A stretch of 64,000 nt of DNA from Minutocellus sp. GHC0000111. Its lineage: Eukaryota. The stretch covers positions 2,852,001 through 2,916,000 of the forward strand of contig OZ361259.1 of the NCBI GenBank assembly GCA_977018835.1, read 5' to 3'. The notes beneath the pieces were generated by a model. That model had not been told where the DNA came from, ran no database searches, and was given only the letters and a program-made list of their open reading frames with translations. Numbering within the stretch: the stretch's first letter is position 1; each line of letters begins with the position of its first letter. Shown here in pieces: positions 45,540 to 57,762 of the stretch. The position numbers and the translations under genes were made by a program.

Positions 45540-47030
45540 TTACCAGTTACCTGTCTCTTCAGCAGGTGCCATGACCTTCTCGCGTAATCGAGAGAAGGAA
45601 ACATAAATAAGAGATAGATACGCTTGATTCATGAGAAGAATGGTGACCATTATCACGTCGACCCACCGAGTAAAGCTTATAGTCACCATATTATTTTCAA
45701 GTATAAACTTCAGAATACTGCTCTCCATGACAATCGCCAATATACTATAAAAGAAGAAATTTAAGATACGTTGCATTTTGATTTGATACCCAACCGATGG
45801 CAGATGGAGATCGAGAGACATTCGTATGCCAACTTCAACAAATGCAATGTTGAGACTCAGCAGTGCTCTCTGGAAGAAATTATCTGCGTCCAAAGAGAGA
45901 ATCGATATGCTAACAAGATTGAGGGTGGATAGCAGCGGCATAATGTTTTTATCGAAGTAACCGCTGTTCCTTTCAACTCGCAAGCTCACTTGGAGATAAA
46001 AGTCTTGGTCCTTGATGGTTTGCAAGGCAGACCCGTGCTCGAGTTTTACGAGATTGAATTGCAACCCATCCTTGTCATAGTGAAATTCCGGTATTTGTTT
46101 GTCGACGAGCAGGCCGTATGGTACTCGAATGCTCCCCTGGGTGTCACTTTCATTGGCAAGGGCCAGCTTCCACTTTCGCCGATCCCACCGTCCACCGGGT
46201 TGTCGCTGGGACAGTATGCCCAATTTGAGACATAGATCGTGCTTGTCGTGCGGATACTGTGTGACGGACATCTCGCTTTGGTGCAGATTTGCACGATAAA
46301 TGCAAGACCAACGATACAATCGAGATTCCCCGTGCAAGAGAGTTACCTCAGGTGCACCGATTATTTCAAAGCTGTCTGCATTGAGAATGGATAGTGACGG
46401 CACGTCAAGTAGTTCTTCTTCCGGATGGTCGCTGACCTTCTTCTTGTAGGCGACCGATCGACCTGCCATTTGCCACATTACCGATTGCTTCTTACTACCT
46501 TTGCGCTTCTTGGCACCGGCAACTGGTACCCCGCCATTATCGTCTGCCTCGGTGTTGTCATGATTCAGGTGATCTTCCTTCTTGGATTGGGCATGCGATG
46601 GATCGTTCCAAAACAACGTGGCACGGAATTTCATTGACACGATGCCACTTTTGACGTCTGGCGCGCTAACACTCCAAACAATCACCTGTGCTCTGATTGT
46701 GTGCTTATCGTCGCCCCAGTCTAGCGAGTTGTAGGATGGCATTGTGACTCTGATTTTGTTTGGGACCGACGATGATCCTGTTGTTCGGACACTCCCGTCG
46801 TCGCCACCGAAACCACCATGTTGGCTATTGCTGGCGCTGTAGTGCGCCTCAAGGTTGCGGTCCAGAAAAGCGGTCTGGGCCTGTTCGCCGAGAGTCAAAA
46901 GAAACGAGTCACGCATCACAGCGAAAGAATTTTGCCGCATCATCCTTCTCCCGCTTATCGATCCACCACCGCCGGGAGATTGAGAGCCATCACCGGCGGA
47001 ATAGTTACTCGCGGACCGAGGAAAAGACAT
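45540..47030 (-). CDS. Pentameric ligand-gated ion channel-like protein (Cys-less Pro-loop type)
   Basis: Beta-sandwich ECD with QYPHD (YPFD loop), R-x-x-x-Y pre-M1 (VERNSGYF), four TM helices and M2-M3 LPSVGY. Probable start MSFP at 47030. Confidence 0.72.
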   Translation of the reverse strand: MSFPRSASNYSAGDGSQSPGGGGSISGRRMMRQNSFAVMRDSFLLTLGEQAQTAFLDRNLEAHYSASNSQHGGFGGDDGSVRTTGSSSVPNKIRVTMPSYNSLDWGDDKHTIRAQVIVWSVSAPDVKSGIVSMKFRATLFWNDPSHAQSKKEDHLNHDNTEADDNGGVPVAGAKKRKGSKKQSVMWQMAGRSVAYKKKVSDHPEEELLDVPSLSILNADSFEIIGAPEVTLLHGESRLYRWSCIYRANLHQSEMSVTQYPHDKHDLCLKLGILSQRQPGGRWDRRKWKLALANESDTQGSIRVPYGLLVDKQIPEFHYDKDGLQFNLVKLEHGSALQTIKDQDFYLQVSLRVERNSGYFDKNIMPLLSTLNLVSISILSLDADNFFQRALLSLNIAFVEVGIRMSLDLHLPSVGYQIKMQRILNFFFYSILAIVMESSILKFILENNMVTISFTRWVDVIMVTILLMNQAYLSLIYVSFSRLREKVMAPAEETGNW

Positions 47031-47419
47031 CTTGCTACGAGTAATCTCTACAGCAGCAGCAGACAAGCAGCAGCAGCCCACAGGGCTCACGGAGCAGTGA
47101 CTTTAAAGGCGCAGGCCAGTTAAGTAGATCTTAAAGTAATGTTATGAATTGAATTGAGCTATCATAGCAGCAGCAGCTTCAGCGCATTGAAAAGTTCCGG
47201 AAGGAAGCTTCGCGGAAGGTGAAAACACGCGAACATCGCCGAGGCAGTCTTATGGACTCACTCGACTCAATGCTCTGCTCTCCCAAGGTCAGACTTTGGG
47301 GGGGAGGACACTTCCTACATTCTATTCTATGCTTAACCTTATTTAGGAATCAATCCAAGGGCGCACAAAGGCCTCCGCGCCAGCCAATGTGTGGTAGGAA
47401 TTCCTACCCTATCGCCCTA

Positions 47420-47595
47420 CAGTCCGTTCTCACCTATAAGCAATTGAGACTCGGGCCCGAGGTCTCAAATTGCTTATTTTGGAATAAGGAATAACATGCA
47501 TGCGAATGAGGTATTGCTCTTAGAATAAGCAATATGCTCAGAATCTCAGCCCTCACCTAAGCAATTACCAATTGCTTATAGGTGGAGACGGATTG
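47420..47595. mobile_element. Tc1/mariner/pogo-type MITE, about 176 bp
   Basis: TA-flanked imperfect TIRs, tacagtccgttctcacctataagcaattg versus the reverse complement tacaatccgtctccacctataagcaattg (25/29). A related solo TIR lies at about 48085-48114. Confidence 0.7.
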
Positions 47596-48408
47596 TACCC
47601 TCGTAGATCTACTGCGGACCGTTGCCGGGACACTGGATTTTCGTCCTTGCTTTCGCCGAGGTCGGTGCACCACCGCCGCCTAACATCCAAGCTCAGTTGC
47701 CTGAGGACGTCCGACCGAAGGAGCGGGTGATTTAGGACACTTCCTACATGTACTAGTACACACTGGATTCTACCGGTACAGTGTGTATCTTTTGCAGGAG
47801 TGTTTTTAAGGAGTTTCTATTCTTACATATATTGGTGATGACGGGGCTTCTCTTGTTGAGGTTGGGTCGGAGTCTTTCTCCCTGGTTGCATAGATCTAGA
47901 TCTAGACCATTGGCGGTTCTGGAGAGGTTTTGTGTCTATAGACCTACAGTGTACAGTAATGTAGGCGAAAGCTTCCTAATTACTCTCCTTAGACCTTATT
48001 GTTGCATGATATTAATACCGGCATTGCCTGCCACGTCATCACTAAAAATGACACCTCAGGATTTTCAGACCTCAGGTCCCAAATGGATATCCTTATAGAT
48101 GGGGACGGACTGTACGGTGGTGGTGTAGCCCCGCTAAATGGAGTTACTCGCTAAATGAAGTTACTCTAGCTTACACTACATGGAATGTATGTAGGAATGC
48201 AGGTACCAGTACACACTGCTCGCTGCTCGCCCTTTGATTCTCCAACTAGATCTAGCTACGGTACATGTAGATCTTACATGTAAATTAGATCTAAATGAAA
48301 TTCCTACCTCCTTTCGCTAAGTATCCTCGCTTTAGATCTATTTACCGTACTATCCATTTGTACGTGTAGCAAAATAAAATTGCCCATCCGTTTCCTTCTC
48401 ACTCATCC

Positions 48409-51400
48409 CTAAAGATCCTGATCCATCTTCTGCTTCTTCTCCGGCGAAGCGGGGCTGGTGTCGAGACTAGTAGCGTCGGCGCTTCTCTTAATTCCACTGT
48501 TGGTGTTGCCATCACCATCATCGATCTCAATAATGTCGGCACCGCTGCTAGCATTTCCCATCTTCTTCGGAGATATCGTCGTCTTGCCCTTGGCAATGAA
48601 AAATGAGTTAATCCCAGCTTGGACAGAACTCTCCTTCTTGGCCGAGGCAGTAGCCTTCCGCTCGCTGAGCAATTGCTGCACATTGATGGCTCCATCCAGC
48701 TCATGCAGTTCGCGAGTTAGATGGTTGATCCTGTCTTGAACCGTCGCACGGGTAAAGATATCACCATCACCTTCGCTCTGCTCGCATCGCTTTTTGAAGG
48801 AGTCAGTCATTTTGACCATCTCATCGAAGCCACTGTACCCGTAGTCCAGAATACCATTTAGAAGGTCTGCGTCATCCATGACGAGCATCGCGGGATCATC
48901 ACTATCTGTGTTGCACACCCACCAGCTTGGACGATAGTCCCAGTCATCGCCAGCGCTTTCGGAGAGTACCACAGCATGAGGCAAATGTTCGGCCACTTTG
49001 CTGGCGCCGTTCCGTACAAAGAGCGAACGAAGTCTCGTTTGTTGGGCCACTTGCAAAAATACAGTCCGGCACCCTCGCTTGTCAAATACCGCGGCAACTT
49101 TTTCAGCATCGTCGTTTTTGTCATAGTCATATCCTACAGCGGCGTGAGGCTTTTCGCTGACCTGATCAGCCACTTGGAGTGCGCGAGCCCAATTGCTCAG
49201 CTCATGGCTCAACCAATGCAAAACCTTGGTTCCCAACCCGTTCTCAACCTCATTGGAAGGCTTCTTGCTTTTCGTGTCAATGGAACCCATCTGGAGGAAA
49301 TAGCAAAATAGATATATTCAAAAGGACATTTTAGATCATGCAGGAGAGCGGATGCAAAGTGGCAAGTTCGCGATTGTACAACAAAGACACGAATATGCAT
49401 TCAAGTGCTCTTCAAGCTCTATCTCACCTTTTCCTGCAACGCAGCAAGCATCATAATGGTCCTCTGAGCGAGTTGGTGAGGATTGTCGCGAAGTTCGGTT
49501 GCCTCGACTTTGGCGTTTTCTTTTCTCTTGAGGTCGACTTCTAGCTGGCGGGCTTGCGTCCGAAGCTCTGACAGGTCGGCCTCCGACGAATTATTGGCCG
49601 CGTTGGCTTGAATTTCTAATAATTTTGCCTCATAATTTCGGTGTGCGATCGTAGCCCACACGTCGGCAGCATTCAATACGACACCCCCCATGCGAAACCA
49701 ATTAATGACAAACTCTTGACCGGGCAAACTCTGACTTACAAGGTTGAAATTCTGGTCGATTAGGGCCTCCCAATTCTCGGTATATGCCGGCAGACCTTGT
49801 GAGCAAATTACACTGAGAATTAGTGTCTGCGGGGTTTTTAAGCGTGGAACAAAGCAAAGGGAGGTGAGAAGAAGATATACGAACGGAAGTGAGAGGAGAC
49901 TTGTTTGGTAGAAATCGCCAATATGCAGAGTGCCAGAAAGAAAGACATACCTCGATCGAGGAGAGCTTAAGAGCTTTCGAATCGGAGCCAATAAGAGCAG
50001 GGTCCATCTCCATACCGAGGGATAGGGCACGATTGATTGCAACATCACCTAGTGCACTATCATAGGATTCCAGCAGTTGAGTCTTCTTCTTCCTCTTTTT
50101 CCGGGCGGATGATGCCATGCTGTCGCTTGTGCCAACATTCTTGGCTCCGCCAGTTGAAGATTTTGACTTCGATTGCTTCTTCTTCGAGGAAATGGCAGGG
50201 ATATTGCCATACTTAGGAACCACGGGAAATAATCCCTCGTTGCCCTTCTTCGCCGCAATCGCGTCAATTCCGAGCATCACGCGCAGGACATTCTTTCCTT
50301 GGCGATGATGCTTCTGAATAGTCTTTTTGACTAGATCAATGTGGCTTTTGATCTTCCTAAAATCTTCGACTCTATTCGGCTCCGGAACTTGTGCGTATCC
50401 TTCAATGTAGCAGTCCACTTCCTTGAGAGCGTATTGGAGCAACTTCTTCGTTATTTGTTTGTGCGCTGATACCTTGGTCGACAACTTGATGATGGCATTA
50501 AGCAACTCCACCAGGAAGATATTCCGTTTATCCATCTGATCGATGCGACGAAACTCTTGCTCTGTAGTCGACAAGGCGGCATCGGTGGAGGCATCGCCCT
50601 CCTTGTCCTCCCCTTGCTTCACTGCTGCTGCAGGATCTACTGCCAACGTAGATGATGATGCCGATCCAGTTGAGGTGGCCAATACAAATTTCACAATTGA
50701 TTTGGCTCTCCTTCTCAACTCTTTCCTTGACGGCAGGTCCGAGAGCTCATCAGACACTTCGTCGTCTTCCTCGTCGGCCTTTTTGCCGTTGGTACTTTTC
50801 ACAACCTTCGACTTGGCTGCCGATAGAAGGGTCTCGTCGAATCGCCAGGACGGTGGTGCCTCTTTCACAAAGTCTCCATCTTCGGGTCCGTCGTCCTCCT
50901 TCACAAGACCGTAAGTTCTTGCCACAAGATCTTGGTCGAAACCTTTGAGGTCGACGAGAAGTGATTTTTCATTCTGGAAGAAATTGAGAACTCTTGGGGC
51001 GATTGACTTGAGATCTGATACGATGCTACTTTCCTCATCATTTCCCTTTTCTTCAGCGCTTTTATCCGACGATGGCTGGGGGTCCGACATCTTGGTGTCA
51101 GTGTCGATGGGTTCGTCCTTGTTGATAGAATCCTTGAGGGGGCCAAAATCACCACCATCGAATGGGCGGCCCCATTTGATTGACTTTTCCTCGACCATCG
51201 CCTTACACGCACTATCGCGATCAATCCAGCCGTGCTTGGCGATAGCGGCAATCAGTACAGCATCGTGAATCGCTGTCCATTTTGGGTGAGGGACGGCGGT
51301 TCGCTTGTCAAGCGTAATCAGTTTGGCCAGATTATTGATGAGATCCTTGTGTGGAACCACATTGGCTTCGTCAGTAACTCCTTGTTTCGCTTTTGATTGC

Positions 51401-54400
51401 GCACGTGAGACAATATCATGAGCAGTGTTGGAGTTGAGCATGAGATTTGTGAATCGCTTGCCCATCTTGTACCGATTGTCGTTCTCTCGGTCCGCCAAGA
51501 GTTGTGGTGGAGCAAAATGACGCATCAAAAACTCAATATTCTCTACCGTCGTCTTGGACACGTCAAAGCCGGATACCATTTCAACAATCGAACTCTCCTC
51601 CTTTTCGTTGTTGGAGCGAGCGTCAGCCGCATCCTTCTTTGCGGCGCTGATGATAGTTTCAATGGCTTTCGCGAGCTCGGGGTGAATTATGGTTGCAGCG
51701 TCGAGAACTGCACCAATGGTCTTGTACTGAGTTGGAGCAGAAAGATGAATCAAATGAGACGAGATGTTTCAAAACATGAGATAACAAGCAAGGTAAAGAT
51801 AGGGGGGCGAAGGAAACAGTTGCTCTCGGCCCAGCTCCAACCATATCTCAAATTAATAATAAATTGATTGGATAATGAAACTTACCGTCTTCTCCTTGAA
51901 TACATACTTTCTAGGGGGGGATACGAACCTGGTCCCCTTGTCAACCAATGGCTCATCTTTCCATCCACGAGACTGCAACGAAGGCCATATGTTTTCATTG
52001 AAAGCAGTCGTCAGACGCGGTAAGGGCTTCTTTGACGATCTTTCGGCATGAGGAGCAAATAACTCGTGTAACTGTGCCTCTCTTCGTGGCGAATGTGACT
52101 TGGCATAGGCTATAGCGTCCCGCAACACTTTCGACGCCCAAGTTGAGTTCTCTTGCCACAGCTTATTGAATGCATTATCGAGCTTTTCCTTCGCTTCAGC
52201 CACATCAGCTTCGGATGGCTCCTTGGCGCTGCCGAGCACGCCGCCATCGTCCGATGCTGTGGCGGCAGCGTCGCTGGCAGCTGCCGCATCATCTGCCGTG
52301 CCATCAGCAGACACAGGTGCAATGCCATCACCTGACTCACGCTTCTTCTCAGCACGTCGAGCAGCGGTTCGTGCATCTTGGCGGACCATCTCCTCGGCTG
52401 TTTCTCGAAGAGCCGACAGACAGAACGACCAACACATACGCTGAACCTCGTCCTTGTCGAGACCATTTGCGTTCGCAAAGGTGATCTGGGCGAAGAAATC
52501 CTCCCATGGCAAATTACCGTAGCCGTGATCCTTCAACTGATCGAGCATTGCTTCGCAATCTTTCCTGCTCCAGTCGCCCTTGCACTTTCCGCCCCACTTG
52601 TGCCTTTCGCGCGCGTGCGTCAGAGCCTTCTTCTCATCGCGGAGTGCAGCAAGACCTTCATTGGTGATTTCTCCTGGGCCGAACTCAAAGTCGTCGTCTT
52701 CATCAATGACGGCATCGCTCTCGCTACCTTCGGAGGAAACACTCTGGTCGTCATCAGCGCCACTGCTGTCAGAATCATTTCCTCCGCCGAACATGAGGCT
52801 CTTGCGTAGGACCTTGTCATAGTCTTTCTCGCTATAATTGGCTTGCTTCCGCCTGCGCTTCTTTCCGTGAAGATTGTCACTCTCATCGACTTGAGCCTCT
52901 CCTACCATCTTCTTCCAAAAGTCTGGGGACAGAAAAGACAAAAATTGAAAATACGAGTGAGTGAGAAGACTGCTTTAGTGCAAAACAAAATGAAATGTGC
53001 AAATGAGATGCGCCATACAAGAAGATCATGCAGTGCGCACCAGGATCGTCAATATCCACGTCTTCGCCAGTGTCATCACCGTTGCCTGTTCCGTCTCCAC
53101 TCTTGCCGGTATTTTGGGCCCTGAAACTGGCCTTGGAGAAGGTCCCTCCTGCCGCATTGCTCTTGCTCCCAGTGTTATCGTGGACCACAGTCTTTGCTCG
53201 GCGTGCAAGAATGGAGTCGATGTCTTGACTCTCGAATTCCTTGGATTCTTGCTCTGACGAGCCACTTTTCTCTTCATTGAAGATATCGTAGGCGCCGTGA
53301 CGAAGCAGCCTCTCAACCTCCTCCTTGCTCAGCACGCCTTCTCCATCGCCGGTACCTCCTTCAATTCCTTGAAGAACAGCCTGGTCGAGACCCATCTTGA
53401 GCGATGACTGGTGAAACATTTGCATTTCATAGGTCTTCCTGGTAAGAAGACGATAGACCTTGACGCTCTTGGTTTGCCCAATACGATGACACCTCGCTTG
53501 CGCTTGCAGGTCGTTCTGGAGAGAATGAGATGGCGACGACGGCAAGGAACAATAGTTGCAATTGTATATATTTTTTGGGATGAGAAGGTTAGATGAGTCG
53601 ATTGAGTAGGAAGGGGGCTTCTTCGTTAGAACTGAGCTAACTCAAACATGCAAACATGTGCAATTCGCAATTTGACAAAATAGAGGTGCCAAACCTACCT
53701 GAGGGTTCCAATCAGAGTCAAAGATAATGCAAGTATCAGCAGCAGTGAGATTAATACCGACTCCGCCGGCTCTAGTGGAGAGGAGCATCACGAACGATGA
53801 CTCCTTTCCTTCTGTCTCCTTTGCCTGGAATCGATCGATCGCCATTTGCCTCTTTTTGCCTGTGATGCTGCCATCGATTCTTTCATGCTTCATCCCCCGG
53901 AGCTCGAGATAATCCTCAAGGATGTCCAGCATAATTTTGAATTGACTGAAAATCAGAACGCGGTGACCGTCTTCCTTGAGCTTCGGCAGCAGCTTATCGA
54001 GTAACACCAGCTTTCCCGACGCTCGGACAAGAAAGTCGGCCTCGGCCTTCTTATCATCGGCAACATTCTCTGCCGCTCTCACTTCCTCTTCAACACCATT
54101 GAGGAGGAAAGGGTGATTACAGCACTTCCTTAGCTGGATGGCAAGGTTGTTGATGCTAGGACCATCCAGAGCCTTCTTTTGGTTGCGGTGCAGGAATTGA
54201 ACATTTTTCTCGTAAAGGGCACGGTAGAACTGCTTTTGAAGGACGGTCAGCTCTACCTCGATGAGTGTCTCTTCCTTCGGAGGGACGCTCTTCTCCACAT
54301 CTTCCTTCAGTCGGCGCAAAATGTACGGGCGGATAGTTTCGTGCAACTCGTCGACCCTGTCCTTGCTTTTGATATCGCCATATCTCTCCAGAAAGCCATC

Positions 54401-56604
54401 CAGGTCATCGAAGCCATCGGGATCAACAATATTCAACAGTGTCCACATCTCCTGCATGTTGTTTTGGATGGGCGTTCCGGTGAGGAGGAGGATGGTATCA
54501 AAGTTGAACCGATCGTCGCGCAGATTCTGAGCGAGCTTCGATGAATGGTTCTTGAGTCTATGCGCTTCGTCGACAACGAGGGCGTCCCATTTGATGGCAG
54601 TCAGCTCAGCGAAGTCATCAGTAACCAACATTTCGGGCGTGGTGATGAGAACATCGACCATCCAAGTTCGTTCCCACTTGGCCGCGTTCCTTTTGTGGCA
54701 CTTCTTCAGATACTGGCTATTCATGGGAACAGAATCCGGCTTGTCTTCGTGGTAGGGCATCTCGAATTCACGAATGTAGTCCCGATCCTTCGCGGATCCG
54801 TGATAGACAATCGTATTGAGGTTGGTCCAACCCGAAAACTCACGGTACCAATGGGGGATCGTAGAGAGCGGGGCCACGATGAGGAAGGGTCCTGTTCTAC
54901 CCAATTCAGTCGCAAGAGTATTGATGAAAACTGCAGTCTGGATTGTCTTACCCAAACCCATCTGCAAATAATATTTTGAGTAAGGGACCGCGTGGTGGTG
55001 GGGCAAATGAATCGGAGAATGGACAACAAAGTAATGAGAAACGACATAAGTGAAAACCAACATCAATTCGAACCGGTAAAAAAGAGAACAGGATCCATCC
55101 ATATCAGCCATAAAAATGGACCTACCTCGTCGGCCAAGATGGAGGAACGATTGTTAATGTAGTTAGAAATCATCCAGGATATTCCCTCGGCCTGGTAATC
55201 CCTCACTTGGCCACCATTGGCAAAGACATGTGCTTCCATCTTCTTTTGGTACTCGGCAATCTTGTCCTCCTGTGATCCCTTGACCCCCTTCTCGCCAAAT
55301 ATCTTGTACAGGCGACGCCTCTGTTCTTCCTGGTGCTTGAACACCTTGGTCATCTCCTTCTTCGTCGGCTTGGCCGATCGTGCCTCGAATGCCTTGACAT
55401 GCTCCTCGTAGTCGGCCTCCGCCAGGATGAGATCCCGCTCGAACTCATAGGTGCTATCCGAGTACTGTGTGTTGCCCCATTTGATGAGGAACTGTCGGCC
55501 AGTGCCCGATTCGTAGTCGGGATGATCCTTGTCCATGATGATTCCGTGGGGGAGCTTGTTGGCTGTGTCTTCTTCGGCCCCTGCGGCGGCACCATCCGCA
55601 TCCTCGTCGTCCTCGTCATCATCCTCTTTGGCAATCTCCAGCACCCGCTCTATCTGAACGTAACTGGGGTCGAAGAATTCACCGTCCCCTCGCTCGTCGG
55701 CATCGAACAGCAGCCCGTTGACAGACTTGCGGAAGAAGGTCGTGAGGTAGCTCTTGGCGTTGTCCACCTGCGCCACGAGGTCGTCCTGGCTCTCCCACGA
55801 GCAGTGCAGATAAGACAGGTCGGACCACTTGACCAGGAAGCGCTCCTCGAAGACGCCGTCGTCGTCGGCGGTCCCCTCCGTGGCGGCCCAGTCCTGGAAC
55901 CACCGGCTCCCGTTCTCGATCTCCGACGTGTTCATCCGCGAGCAGATCTCGCGCCACCTGCGGCGGGTCTCGGTCCGGCTGGCAATGATCCGCTGGATCT
56001 TGAGCTCGTCCAGCTCCTCGTCTCCCTCCTCGGCGCCGCTCCCGCCGGCGGACTCGTCCTCCGATTCCAGGTCGGATTCCTCCTCGGACGACTCCTCCAC
56101 GATGACCTCCGTCCGGACCGTCCGGCGGCGGGTGGAGTGCCGCTTGGCGGGCGACTTGAACGGTGATTGCGGAGGAGCTCGTCGACCAGTGCCAGCACCA
56201 CGGCCACGACCGCGGGAGCTGGTACCACGAGGCGACGCTGCCGCTGCCGCGCGGGATGATCGGGAGGAGGACCGCTTCTTGGCGGCCGACTCGTCGTCGT
56301 CGACGTCGTCGTCGCTGCTGTTGTCGACCATCATCTCCTCCACGTCGCTGTCGTCCTCGTCGTCGTCGGAGGCTTCTCTGGTGGTCCGTCTCTTCTTGTT
56401 GGCGGCGCGAGCCTTTTTGCCCACCTCAGGCGTGGCTGGAGGCAAGATATCCCGCAAATTGTCCTTGGGCTCTTGCATGGAGCTGGCAAACTTGGTGGCC
56501 CGGGAGGATACCCGGCGGGCCGGTTCGGCCGGTGCCGCCCCTGCCCCATCGGCGTCATCGCCACCGTCCGACGAGGAGCGGCGCCGGGTCGAGCGGCGGG
56601 GCAT
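48409..56604 (-). CDS. Chromodomain-helicase-DNA-binding chromatin remodeller (CHD6-9/Kismet-like), 7 exons, about 2436 aa, intact
   Basis: Tandem chromodomains (FLVKWSDLSYLHCSWE, FLIKWGNTQYSDSTYE), ILADE|MGLGKT, DEAH, DWNPQ|NDLQAQARCHRIGQ. Exons 56604-55126, 54961-53699, 53515-53041, 52922-51886, 51726-49951, 49826-49428 and 49290-48409 are all GT-AG and total 7311 nt in frame. Confidence 0.92.
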
Positions 56605-57139
56605 GGTGCTGTGCAGTGTGGCTGTGTTGCGTTGAAAATTTGGCGGGGGCGGCCGGTTTGCGGTGTGCGGTGGCGGGACGTGAAGCTGCTGTTTCCCGTA
56701 CCGGCCGGTGCGCAGCTGCCCACTGGCTGAAATGAGCCGGCACTTACTAGCTACAACCTTTGCAAGGTGCCCGCTGCAGTGCTTTGGATGTTTTCAGCAC
56801 GGCGAGATGCGCTGTACTGAAAGCAACTCACTCCTCACTCGGTCAATGCATGAATGAGGGAGGCGAGGCCAGCACTTAGAATTGCGCGCGCCGCGCCATG
56901 GCGCCATTGCGCGCCGGGGGCTCATCAGCTGATGAGATTTTTAGCCCGACAAACAGCGAGGCTGCGAGGCGGATGGACGGACGGACGTTCCAACGCACTC
57001 CTCAATCGAATTTCCTGGGCACCTTAGCCTCAACTCTTAAAGTAGAGGAGTACTTGTATCGATCGGCGGTATCTGTATCGGCATGACATTTTGGCAACCA
57101 AAACCAGCAGCAGCGGCAGCCACCCCCACCCCCACCCCC

Positions 57140-57506
<367 letters not shown>

Positions 57507-57762
57507 GCACCTCTCTCGTCAGTCAGTAATCCCCGACGAGAGGCTCCAAGCTTCTCTCTCATTTTATTATTTCATCCTGCATCGATAACATTTCCAGGCG
57601 CTTTCCTTTCCGGCGGTTCTTTCAAAGCTGTAGAACCCCGTCCCTCAACGAAGCAAAACAACACACAATACAATTACACAACACAATTACACAACACCAA
57701 GTTAGTTCAATCAGGACAATTGTCAATTATCAATCAATATCAGTACCATCATCGTCCCCGTC

